Shown here piece after piece: positions 51,875 to 64,000 of a DNA stretch of 64,000 bases. The DNA lies in contig OZ024740.1 of the NCBI GenBank assembly GCA_964016885.1, positions 145,514,001-145,578,000 on the forward strand, given 5' to 3'. Below the pieces are notes generated by a model that did not search any database, was not told where the DNA came from, and saw only the letters and a program-made list of their open reading frames with translations. The DNA is from Eledone cirrhosa (taxonomy: Eukaryota). The position numbers were made by a program, and so were the translations under genes. Numbering within the stretch: position 1 is the first letter of the stretch; each line of letters starts with the position of its first letter.

Positions 51875-52513
51875 CTAGCAGAAAAACCACCCTTCGGGTG
51901 GTTTTCTGTTAGCATGTGTAGTGTGTATATTGATATTATACGCAAGTATATATGCGTGTAGATATGATACATCAAATAAAATCGTAATTGACAATACACA
52001 GAAATTGAACGAAGACTGCGTTACACTGTCTTGTGTAATCAGTAACGTAATCCATGATACATTTATAACGGAATACTCCTATGTTTTACCGGCGAAGATT
52101 CGAAACCGAATCTGAGCTTTCTCGCCTCTGGGAAGTTGGAAGTTCTCACCATTGTCTTGTCAAGACAACGATGATAAATTTACATTCCATCTGACCTGTG
52201 ACCCAACCTCTTGGGAAACGATAACCACAGATCTGATCATAAATCAACCTCATATATCCATCCTTCTAACTTTAGCACTTACTATAAATACAAGGAGTTA
52301 AGGAACCCAAGGGTTAGACTCGAAGCAGCAGTCAACGAGATAACGATGTAGCATCAGTAGACCTGTCACTCTATCTTTCTCCTGGCCCTTACTGGCTTAC
52401 CTCCTCGGCCACCGAAACAGACAGCCTCGGCCACCGAAACAGACAGCCAGCCAACGATGCCTGCCTGACAGATTGACCACTACTACTATGAGAATAATAT
52501 ATTCTAAGAATAG

Positions 52514-52559
<46 letters not shown>

Positions 52560-53135
52560 TAAGTTCATATTGTTACATTATACTCTCATCCTATTCTTCC
52601 CTGTCATATTGTATCTGCAAGACACAACACAACTGTTACATCATCTTCTCTGATACATGGATTCACGTTAGCTCGTAGTAGCTAATAATTTAATGTACGG
52701 ATATTTTCATGTCATAAATGTTATTACTCAGTGTTCAAATCAAATATTGTTATTATAAAATAAACATTGTTAACAACTCAATCATGGCATTATTCTTTTC
52801 ATTAAAACTACCATACAAAGAATACAACCTATCCGTTACACATTAAAAAAAGACGATATTATATATAAACTGTATTAGGAGAAAATTAGTGACGGAAATA
52901 TATGAATGTTTATTTAAGCGATCGCTAACTGAAAGTGTTGACATTTGAAAATTTCAAAGAAGTAAATCTTAAAATAACCAACAAAATTATTTATATTTTA
53001 TCAAGAATAACGAAATTTAGTAGATAAATTATGTAATATTCATTCATTATTTATTCAAAGTAATCCAACTTATTTTACAAACGGGATAAAAAAAAACATA
53101 TTCTGGACGCAGTCCAACACTCCTTACTTTATTAT

Positions 53136-53138
<3 letters not shown>
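51875..53138 (-). mobile_element. Non-autonomous Helitron carrying a solo LTR
   Basis: 3' hairpin GAAAACCACCC..GGGTGGTTTTTC then CTAG|T; second copy at 61722-62395. Confidence 0.7.
52064..52840 (+). mobile_element. Solo LTR (Gypsy-like, 4-bp TSD)
   Basis: Termini TATAACGGA...TCCGTTACA; TSD CATT; empty site in the Helitron copy at ~62195-62205; TATAAA and AATAAA inside. Confidence 0.8.
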
Positions 53139-53175
<37 letters not shown>

Positions 53176-53334
53176 CAAGCCGTTTCGACGGCTATTTCTA
53201 GACGTCGAAACGTCGAAACGGCTTGAGCTCTGCCGTCGGGAGTCATACTTGTTCCTAATACCCACTCTACTACACTAAGTATTGAGTACTTTGGTGGGTT
53301 ATGGTCCATCTGGTTCCTTACCACAATTCCTTCG

Positions 53335-53404
<70 letters not shown>

Positions 53405-53407
<3 letters not shown>

Positions 53408-53748
53408 AGTCACTTCTGAATGGCGCCAGTTTGTAATTTGAACTCGGGAATTTTATATTTTCCGAGAGAGAAAACTCTTCTGACGATGATCTCTTTCTCA
53501 ATAGAAATCCGCTTGGATTATCTATTTGTTTGGGATCTGAAACCGCGGTAAGGGCACATATAGTAAGTACAGTGAATTTTTTGGAATTTAATTTATTATT
53601 TTTTAAGATATTTTCTGTGTTTACACTCCCTTGATTTTATATGTTCTGGCTTGTTAATTTATTAACATGCCATTGAACCACACTGGCATGCGGTTGGACT
53701 ATACTTGTGTCCCTGTGTGTATTAATTACATGTAGGAACACATACTTT

Positions 53749-53750
<2 letters not shown>
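53405..53750 (+). mobile_element. Diverged member of the 483-bp hammerhead family (single partial unit)
   Basis: Collinear with 46528-46810; (TA)n on both flanks. Confidence 0.75.
53476..53554 (+). ncRNA. Type I hammerhead ribozyme (diverged)
   Basis: TCTT-CTGACGA-tGATCTC..GGGATCt-GAAA-CCGCGG-TA/AGGG. Confidence 0.7.
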
Positions 53751-53846
<96 letters not shown>

Positions 53847-54302
53847 CGAAGGAAATGTGGTAAGGAACCAGGTGGACCATAACGCACCAAAGTACTCAAT
53901 ACTTAGGGTAGTAGAGTGGGTAATAGGAACGAGTAGGACCCCGACGGCTGAGCTCAAGCCGTTTCGACGGCTAATTCTGGACTAAATGAAAATTTTTATC
54001 CTGGTATATGAATAGCCGAGCTACTCATCCATATATGGTAAAAGTGATTGTCACAAGGATTGGTCAAAAGTTTGTTGTTGAGACACATAATTCTATCATG
54101 GCAATTTGTGGAAGGAAAGGGTAGGTGAACCTGCCAGTATAAGAAAGAGGGAGAGGGAGTGGAGGAAACCCAGTCGTGCGTTGATAGTGCCAACTACAGC
54201 AGGATCCTAAGGGCAGGAGGTCAAGCAAGTATACTAGGGAGGGGGAGGGGGAGGAAGTCGAAACAATAAGTAAATCAATATAGAAGAATACCAAGAATGT
54301 TA

Positions 54303-54393
<91 letters not shown>

Positions 54394-54505
54394 TAAAACA
54401 TGTCTATAGAATCACCAGATAAAATATATACCGTTTCCTCTCCCAATTAGCATAATTAACCATATAAAAAATCAATTAGACCAAGCTATAAGAATAAAAG
54501 CTCCT

Positions 54506-54931
54506 ATGAAGAAATCTCTAGATATCCAACTGGCCCACTCAGGTCCTTCTCTACGCGGACAGCTAACCAAAAGACACTCCACCAGACATGACAACTGCTG
54601 CAGGCTAGCCAACTGCCCCATCAACGACACAGACCTATGCCACCAGGCTTACGTCGTATACAGACTAGAGTGTGACAAATGCAGCAACTTCTACGTAGGT
54701 AGCACCACCAGACCACTCCACATAAGAATAAAAGAACACCTCAATACTAACGCTTCCTCATTTAAGAAACACCTAGTTAAATGCAAAAACACCGACAAAA
54801 CCATAACAGTTAGGATAGAAACTAAGGAAAGAAACCTCGGCAATCTTAGAATTAAGGAAGCACTAATTATAGACAAAATACAACCACCAATAAATAATAG
54901 ACTAGAACTCAACACCCAATTTATAACTTGA
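54506..54931 (+). pseudogene. Penelope C-terminal GIY-YIG endonuclease fragment
   Basis: CCRLANCP..LC, VVYRLECDKCSNFYVGSTTRPLHIRIKEH, LRIKEALII..QPPIN. Confidence 0.85.
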
Positions 54932-54971
54932 TAGAGCATCTAGTCTCATATTTACACACACACCCACCCAC

Positions 54972-55020
<49 letters not shown>

Positions 55021-55400
55021 TACACCTCCACTTATTCTCTCTCACACACACACATACACACACAAAGACCAGTTCTAACACGAGATAACATCTATCCCCC
55101 ACATTTACGTATAGACATATCTTCTCACGCTCACACACACACACTCACATACTTACACCTTCATGCATTCTCCCACACACTTAAACAGGCATGTACAAAA
55201 AAAAAACCTTTTAAAGGGAGACTACTCTTTATCCACCTAACCTAACTCTTTGACATTAGAGATAGAACAGATACTCTATACCATTTCCTTTCAGCATGAC
55301 TTGGCAAGCTATTTAGAACACTTGTTTAACCGCTTTACTTCCCTCCGAAGAAGAGATATTATCTCGAAAGTTAAGGACATTTAAATAAATCTAGGACATT
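54515..55400 (+). mobile_element. Penelope-like element 3' fragment (GIY-YIG plus 3'UTR)
   Basis: GIY-YIG ORF; (CA)n UTR; decayed minimal hammerhead CCGAAGA-aGAGAT..ATCTC-GAAA at ~55340-55378. Confidence 0.8.
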
Positions 55401-55462
55401 TAAATAAATCTAATTATAGTATATGTCCATAGAATCCTATGGATTCTATGGACATATATTAT

Positions 55463-56322
55463 AATTAAATAATCAGAGCAATATACTATAAAGTATGTCC
55501 ATAGAATCCTATGGATTCTATGGACATATTTTGTAGTATATTGCTCTGATTATTTAATTTATTAATTCATCATTGAACCACATCGTGAATGGTTGCCAAA
55601 ACATATATATCTCTGACTTTTTCTAGTTGTGTATATGTAAATCTTTATATTTAATAATCTCCCATAAGGTTGAGATGCAATTTGGGCAATATTGGGCTGC
55701 GCTTTCTAGCAACCAGCCCACTCGCCGTAAGCAACCAATCACATTATTTCTGACTTGACCACTGCCACGTCACAGTTCTTAGCCATTTTGAATTCGTTTC
55801 TGGTGAAAATCACTTAAGAAAATTCTTTGTCCAAATGAGTTTGTTTCCTGATGAGTTCGAAGCTCGAGATTTTATCCTTAATAGGATATTTCCAAAAGCG
55901 AACGAAACTCTAGGGTAGAAACGTAATCCTGGTATGTATATATGCATTTTTTCTTGTAACTTTAATTTTATACCTAATTGTGTATGGTTGACGGTATACT
56001 TAATCGATTTCCACGTGCTGTTGAAATGTTGGGTAAATATTCTATGGCGGTTGGTCGCGAAGAGATTGCTGTCGTTTATTTATCTACTATTTCTTCATAA
56101 GTGCCTTTTAATCTTATAGCCTAGTCTAATTGATTTTTTGTGTGGTTAATTATGCTAATTGGGAGAGGAAATGGTGTATATATATTATCAAATGATTCTA
56201 TGGACATACTTTATAGTATATTGCTCTGATTATTTAATTTATTAATTCATCATTGAGCCACATCGTGAATGTTTGCCAAAACATATATATCTGTGACTTT
56301 GTCTAGTTGTGTATATGTAAAT

Positions 56323-56330
<8 letters not shown>
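55463..56330 (+). mobile_element. ~681-bp-unit non-coding hammerhead element (1.2 units, short inverted 5' end)
   Basis: 55513-55650 is repeated at 56194-56330; inverted piece at 55463-55508; ends in (TA)n. Confidence 0.72.
55843..55922 (+). ncRNA. Type I hammerhead ribozyme
   Basis: GTTTC-CTGATGA-GTTCG..CGAAC-GAAA-CTCTAGGG-TA/GAAAC. Confidence 0.85.
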
Positions 56331-57470
<1,140 letters not shown>

Positions 57471-57474
57471 CACG

Positions 57475-58235
57475 TTTATAGACATAGTCGAACAGGTGCC
57501 ATTACTTAGACCTTGGATGCATCCATGTTACATGATCGCCTTTGTATTGGAATTGTGTGCTGGAAATAAACAGCTTAAATTCGGTGCATAGTTCAAGTAA
57601 GAGTAAGCCATTGTCGTTTACCTTACCCACACCAAATCGTCCAATCCTTGCCAACCCTAGCATTGAAGTCACCAAGAAGGATAATCATGTCCGAATTGGA
57701 AATAGATCGCAATAAATTTTGGAGATCTTAATAAAACCGGTTCTTGTCATCCTCAGTATTCACGATGGTAGGTGCATAGATGCTGATCAGGGAAGCAGTG
57801 TCATGATTCAGTCGGTGATACCACGGGGAAACTCACACAGCTCCGAAACTATGGTGTTATGGATTGTGAATCAAATATCTGCTTCTCTTGTATCTTCAAG
57901 CTTTCTACCTTTCGAAAAAAGGTATAACCTCCAGCAGGTTCTTGTATTTGGCCATCTTCAGCAAGCCGAGTCTCTGAGACAGAATATTTTTGGATCCCTC
58001 AGGATTGTCAATGAGTGTCCTCACATTCCAAAATATATTTAGTTTTATATTGAACCTTTTAGGCATTTTGTTGTTTCCAGCACATGGTGGACATCAACCA
58101 GCCGCGCTATACTGGCTAGAAGGATTACAGAAGCAATCAATATTTGGGTAACCTTTTCTAGACCCCGTCCAGATTTACTGGTGAGCAGTGCTATCCCTAA
58201 AAAGGCTACTCAGTCACCTTTGGAGCAACCGAAAA
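57475..58235 (-). mobile_element. RTE (BovB-like) 5'/APE fragment, decayed
   Basis: IGRFGVGKVNDNGLLLLELCTE..WHLFDYV read on the minus strand. Confidence 0.65.
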
Positions 58236-58239
58236 CGTA

Positions 58240-59435
58240 AACTGGGAGGTGAAGGCTTAACATCAGTCCAGACAGCATTCTAATGTCGCATCATACCCCT
58301 CCGACAACATCTACGAACTACCAACCGTAGGAGCCCATCTAGTGAACAAGCCTGTCTACACGAGACAGATAACGACATGAGATTTGGGAAGGAGCTCCAT
58401 GAGAAGTTCTCCCTGCATGATAACCAAAACTTCACACCCAGGGAAATTGCACATCAATACAGAATACCGTAATGAATCCTTGGATGAAAAGCAGCATGTT
58501 TATCAGCAAAAAATCATGCATGGCTATGCTGCCAGGAAGCTGCAAAGTGAGAGTAATATAGATAAACAAATTAGTCTATCTTAGACCAACAACTGCCATA
58601 TTGGCTCTCACTTTGAGGGGTATACTTTTGCATGAAATAACTACAAAATACCTAATTCACAAAAGATAGTGATGCAGGCAAAAGAGCTAGATGTGATAAC
58701 AGATGCAGACTCTGCGGAATTAACATCGAAAGTGTCACCCATACCATAAGCAGCTGTCCAAAGATGTCATCACGGTACTACCTGTTTATGAGGCATGATG
58801 TACTGACCAAAACACTATACAATACAATTCGTAAAAAGGATAGCTCCGACAATAAATATATAAAAAGCTACAGCATGAAGAAGGTGGAATGTTCCAGTCA
58901 AAACCCCAATAAAATGCAAACACAACAAACCAAACATAGCGGTATGGTCAGAGAAAAGAAGGCTTGCACAGTAGTAAAAGTCAGCTTCCCGGCAGATATC
59001 AATATAATGGAAAAGGAGAACATTTATGCTGGACTAATGAGGAATCTGCAGACACTCCACTCTGACTATACTTTTAGATTTATACCTGTGGTCATTGGGG
59101 CTCTTGGATACGTTACTAACTGCATCAGTACAAATCTTGAGAAGCTGGGCTTCACAAAACCAGAAAGCGCGCAGCTAGTTAGGAGGTTGCAAGTACAGTC
59201 CATTAGCGAAACTGTAAAATTATGTGAAACCTTTCAGAAATTTTGCATGTAGTAACTGCATATACACATGTATAGACACAGAAACGTATGCACCTGTACA
59301 CATATGACTCAGAACATGCAGATCCACCTATACAATAACATCCATAGCTGTATACACACGCACATTTACCTAGTTGATGTTGTCTAAATTCTAATGAAAG
59401 AGTCTTGTGTCTATGTTAGAAACTGGATCTCTTTC
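58240..59435 (+). mobile_element. Older, decayed R4/Dong family A 3' fragment
   Basis: Collinear with 28170-29390. Confidence 0.82.
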
Positions 59436-60029
59436 TCTCTCTCGCTCTCTCTCTCTCTCTTCTACATATACTACAACGAAAGAAAAAAGAAAAGACCATG
59501 CTCACAAAACACATGTGAAAGTCATTTAGATCAAGTGATCCTGTGCTTGAAGCTTTTTCAAGTGAAGAAAGGTTTTGCAAGCGTGATGTTTTTTGGGGGG
59601 GTTTTTTGTTTTATTTTATTTTAGTACTTACAGCGCCATTTAAATAACCTAAGGGAGAGAACTTTTTATAATTGTCTCCCTTATTGGATTTACTTCATCA
59701 GATTTTGTAAGGGAGGCAATTGCAATTTTGCTGTTTCTGGTTTCATCTCGCATAACACTTCCCCAACAAGCTATTATTACTTTTGTTTCCTTTTCTAATT
59801 CGGTAAATAAAAACTTAAAATAATTAATAATTTGCGTCAAAAACGAGCTTGAAACGAGGAATCACTGATCATTAGCTTGTGAATGAGTTACATCAGTGTT
59901 TTGTGAAGAATCAAAATGTACAAAGGTTCCCAGTTCATTACTATGGAAATTACATTTATATTATAAAAGGGAAAGGTCTGGAAGAGTCTATGACTTGAAT
60001 AGTCTATAGTAAGATTTGAGATTCATCAA

Positions 60030-60290
60030 TATAAATATGGATTATCGAGAAACAATACTGTCTCAGGAAAGAATCACTAGACAAATTTTACAAACAAAAC
60101 CAACCGGCAAGAAACCTAGGGGTTGGATAACAAGAAGGTTGGATAACATCCATGAAATTCAGCTGGTCTCGCTTAAAGATCTGGTCAGATCAGTTGAAGA
60201 TAGCTGCTTCTGACAGGATCTGCTGGAAGGAGTATTTGAGGACTCAGCCCCTACGACCGTCTTGGGAAGAAGAAGAAGAAGAAGAAGAAT
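60030..60290 (+). mobile_element. RTE-like LINE 3' terminus with (GAA)n tail
   Basis: RITRQIL..PTGKKPRG..RLDNI followed by (GAA)n. Confidence 0.55.
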
Positions 60291-60516
60291 GGGGAGAAGA
60301 CGGAGGAGGAGAACCAATTCAGCAATCTACCTGAAAAGAACACCAAATTACTGTTAGGAGGACAATGTTGTGTTAGTCATTTGTTGTGACAAATAAGTTC
60401 TAAATATGATTACACTTTGACAGCTATTAAAATGTATTATATATTTTTAAATATTTATTTTTCATTTTCTTTTGTTTTTTCCATTAACCCTTTAGAAATC
60501 ACATTATTCTATATAT

Positions 60517-61680
60517 CATCATCATCATCATCATCAGGTTTAGCGTCCGTGTTCCACGCTTGCATGGGTTTGGACGGGGGTTTTCCCACTTGAGGCAAGA
60601 GTGGTTGTCTTGCTCGCATAGGACTGTCTGGCGGGTTTTCTACAGTTGGATGCCCTTCCTAACACCAACCACATTTACAGTGTGGGGCTGGGAGGTTTTT
60701 ACCGTGTTGCCTACACAGCCACATTACAGCGTGGACTGTCTGGCGGGTTTTCTACAGCTGGATGCCCTTCCTAACACCAACCACATTTACAGTGTGGGGC
60801 TGGGAGGTTTTTACCGTGTTGCCTACACGGCCACATTTACAGCGTGGACTGTGTGTTTTTTGTCGTGACACCTACACGATCTCATTTGTTTCGGCCTGGA
60901 TGTTGTGGGACCAACATAACTTTACATTGAAAGGGGCGGTGTGGAGGTGGTGGGACGGGGGTGTGTTTTGATAGAGATGCCTACTGACTGTAGTAGGTTT
61001 TTACTTTGTATTTAGGTAAGGCGGGTCTTCTCTATTACTGAGTACCGCCAAAGGTCTCGGTCCAGTGACATTGTCTTGGAGAGGTGTAAGCGTGTGAGGT
61101 CGGAATTTATCAGCTCGTCCCATGTTTTTCTGGGTCTGCCTACTCCGTGGCTACCGTCTATCTTTATTGCCCTGCACTTTGTTATACAGCTGTCGTCTTT
61201 CATGCGCATCACGTGACCATACCAACGTAGCCTTCTCTCGAGTAAACAACATCTGATCCCTCTTATTTCTAATTTTTTCCTTAGTTCGTTTATGCTTTGC
61301 CGTTCACGTATATTACTATTGCACATCCAGCGGAGCATGCAAGCTTCGTTCCTCTCTAGTCTGCGTATATCCTCTGCACACAATGCCCAGGTCTCACTGC
61401 CATGCAGCATTGCTGTTCGTATGCAGGCATCGTATAACCTGCCTTTCATTTTTAGGGAGAACCCTCTAGCGGCTAATAGTGGTATAAGCTCTCTGAACTT
61501 TTTCCATCCAGTTCTGACTCTAGCTACTGTACTTTCAGAGCACCCTCCCCCACTGCTGATTTTGTCACCCAGATAACGGAAGCTGTCCACTATTTCTATA
61601 GAACCCTCTGCGCAGTTGAAGGAGCTAGTATTTGTGGGCACTTGCTGCTACTTATTGCACCAGAGCACCGGCCACATGTA
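60517..61680 (-). mobile_element. RTE-group LINE 3' fragment with (GAT)n tail and ~111-bp duplication in the 3'UTR
   Basis: ORF 61012-61641: FRYLG, HGSETW, MLRWMC, LRWYGHVMR, GRPRKTW. Confidence 0.82.
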
Positions 61681-61721
61681 AAATCTTTTTGTAATAAAGG
61701 CTTTATCTCACAAAATTATTT

Positions 61722-62395
61722 AAACTAGTATAATAAAGGAAGGTCTGCAGGATTGCGTACGTTTTTTTGTTTTTTTTATCCCGTTTGTAAAATAAGTTGG
61801 ATTACTTTGAATAAATAATTGTTTCTACTTTTGGCACAAGGCCAGCAATTACCCAGTGCATTACTGGTACTTTATTTTATCGACCCCGTAAGGATGAAAG
61901 GCAAAGTCAACCTCGGCGGGATTTGAACTCAGATCGTAAAGGGACGTAACTATGCTGGAAAGCATGGCGTCCGACCCTCTACCGATACTGCCAATCCACC
62001 GCCCTTTGAATAAATAATGAATGAATATTACATAATTTATCTACTAAATTTCGTGGCTGTTCATTAAATATATTTTGTTTATTTAAAGATTCACTTCTTT
62101 AAAATTTCTGAAATGTCAACACTTCCGGTTGGCCATCGCTTAAATAAACATACTAATTTTCTCCTAATGCAGTTTATATATAATATCGTTTTTTTTAATG
62201 TATCATGGATTACGTTACTGATTAAATAAGACAGTGTAACGCAGTCTTCGTTCAATTTCTATGTATTATATATTGTCAATTACGATTTTATTTGACGTAT
62301 CATATCTAAATGTATATATAATATTTGCATATAATATCAATATACACACTACACATGCTAGCAGAAAACCACCCCAAGGGTGGTTTTTCTGCTAG
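61722..62395 (+). mobile_element. Non-autonomous Helitron carrying a SINE
   Basis: 3' hairpin plus CTAG|T; homologous to 51875-53138. Confidence 0.7.
61820..62003 (-). mobile_element. tRNA-SINE (short family)
   Basis: 15-bp TSD CTTTGAATAAATAAT; empty site at ~53045-53060. Confidence 0.9.
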
Positions 62396-63319
62396 TCTCT
62401 CATAATATTGAATCTATGAGATTTTGATGTTATTTATTTTGAGAACAATATCTTAATATCAGTATGAGTGGCCAGTTACAGCCGGTTTGAACAGAAAGGT
62501 GGGAGAATTCTGGCCGGATAAGGCTGGTTTAAATGCTAATCAGAAAAATATTCTTCTTGGTTGACATCTCAGCAGTTTGTTTTATCTAAAAGATGAACTT
62601 CTTGATTGCTCTGAACATTTTGAGAGCTGAATAATTAAATTACAAACAACATGCAGCTCTCTGGTAGCTTTTTTGTCAAACCGATAGCTGTTGAAGCATC
62701 CTCTGCCCTTGAATCACATCCATACTCACTACTATCATGATGAAAATTACTATCTACAAGGATGATCCCCATTAAGTGAACTGGTTCTTTCAGTACATCC
62801 CCTTTACAATCTTCCAGAACAATGCATTCATTATTTTGTCCAATGGGACCATGAAACATTTGCATAACACAAAGATTTTGTTTACTAAATAAAATGTAAA
62901 CAACCACAGGAATATGTCTTTGTGAAACCCAACTAGTGAGGTTATCACTCACATAAACATGATAGAATAAAATTATACTTTTCCAGTTTATTAACCTCGT
63001 CGGTATACTTTATATTTATATTTATACTACATTTTTAATCTTTGATTGTTATCACTTGTCTTATTCCTAAATATGTTGATTTCTCATGACTGGATTCAAA
63101 CTAATAACCTTTTTATTAAAACTAAGGATAATAATTTCCTTAGTCACTGGCATACTGACTCTCTTGATAAGCACATTATTACTTTTAGTTTATAGACTTA
63201 AATTGAATCCAGTGCTGAACCATCCAGAAATATAACAAACAATGATGAATGGAAATCAAATCGATAATGAAAGAGATAAATATTGTTTAAATATAAGGTT
63301 AATACTCTAGGAAATTGGT

Positions 63320-63900
63320 ATGGGCCTCCATCAGTTTTGATGAGGAGTGTTTCAGTTGTTCAATCAACAGAACAGCCTCCTCCTAAAATTAACATGCAAG
63401 TGACTGAGCATTCCACAAGCCCATGTACCCTGATCTTAATTCTCAGGGAGATTTAATGTGATACAGTGTGATAAGGTTGGCCCTTTGAATTATAGTTACA
63501 GTTTATCTGACGAGCCATTATTTTTCCTATCACTAAATTTCTATCATAGCAAAGGAAAAAACCTCCATCTGTTTCAACAATGAGTGTTCCAATTGCTGAA
63601 TCAATAAAACAGCCTGTTCATGAACTTAACATATAAATGGCTGAGCATTCCAGACATCTGTACCTTTAATGTAATTCTTAAGGAGATTCAGCATGACACA
63701 TTGTGTGACAAGACTGGTCCCTTGAATTAAAGGTACAATCCAACTGATGGATATTCAAAGTTTCCATCAACCCAATTTCACTCACAAGGCTTGGGTCTGT
63801 CTGAGGCTATGGTAAATGACACTTGTCCAAGATGTCATGCAGTGGGATTGAACCTGAGACCCAATGATCGTGAAGCAAACTTCTTAAACATTTGGCCATG
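63320..63900 (-). mobile_element. Cluster of decayed SINE fragments
   Basis: Two pieces similar to 48040-48220, plus a tRNA-like head at 63770-63900. Confidence 0.55.
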
Positions 63901-64000
63901 CTGTGTCCATTCTAGAAAATTACAATCCTATTTCAAACCCATTTCAGTCATTTAGACATAAGTATTGAATGGCTTAGATCATATAGCCTAATACATCAAT

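Overview
AT-rich, repeat-dominated animal genomic DNA; the tRNA-SINE and LINE content suggests a cephalopod such as Octopus, which is an inference. No confident host gene was found. Contents: (1) two head-to-tail, full-length L1/Tx1-clade LINEs, each embedded in an (ATT)n tract (3.7-15.5 kb). They share nearly identical ORF2 and 3'UTR but carry strongly diverged ORF1 and 5'UTR modules. (2) A ~9.6 kb nest (23.9-33.5 kb) of 11 retroelement pieces separated by (CATA)n: RTE pieces and RTE-derived bipartite non-autonomous elements always on the minus strand, R4/Dong RLE-LINEs always on the plus strand, apparently all inside one SINE. (3) Several non-coding elements flanked by (TA)n that carry type I hammerhead ribozymes. 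These include a near-identical 483-bp tandem/inverted array (45.6-47.3 kb) that looks like a retrozyme, and relatives that share a covarying ribozyme architecture and a downstream pseudoknot-like motif, next to Penelope GIY-YIG fragments. (4) CRE-clade and RTE fragments, solo LTRs, non-autonomous Helitrons, MITEs, many tRNA-SINEs and microsatellites. All structures were read by eye and none were computed.
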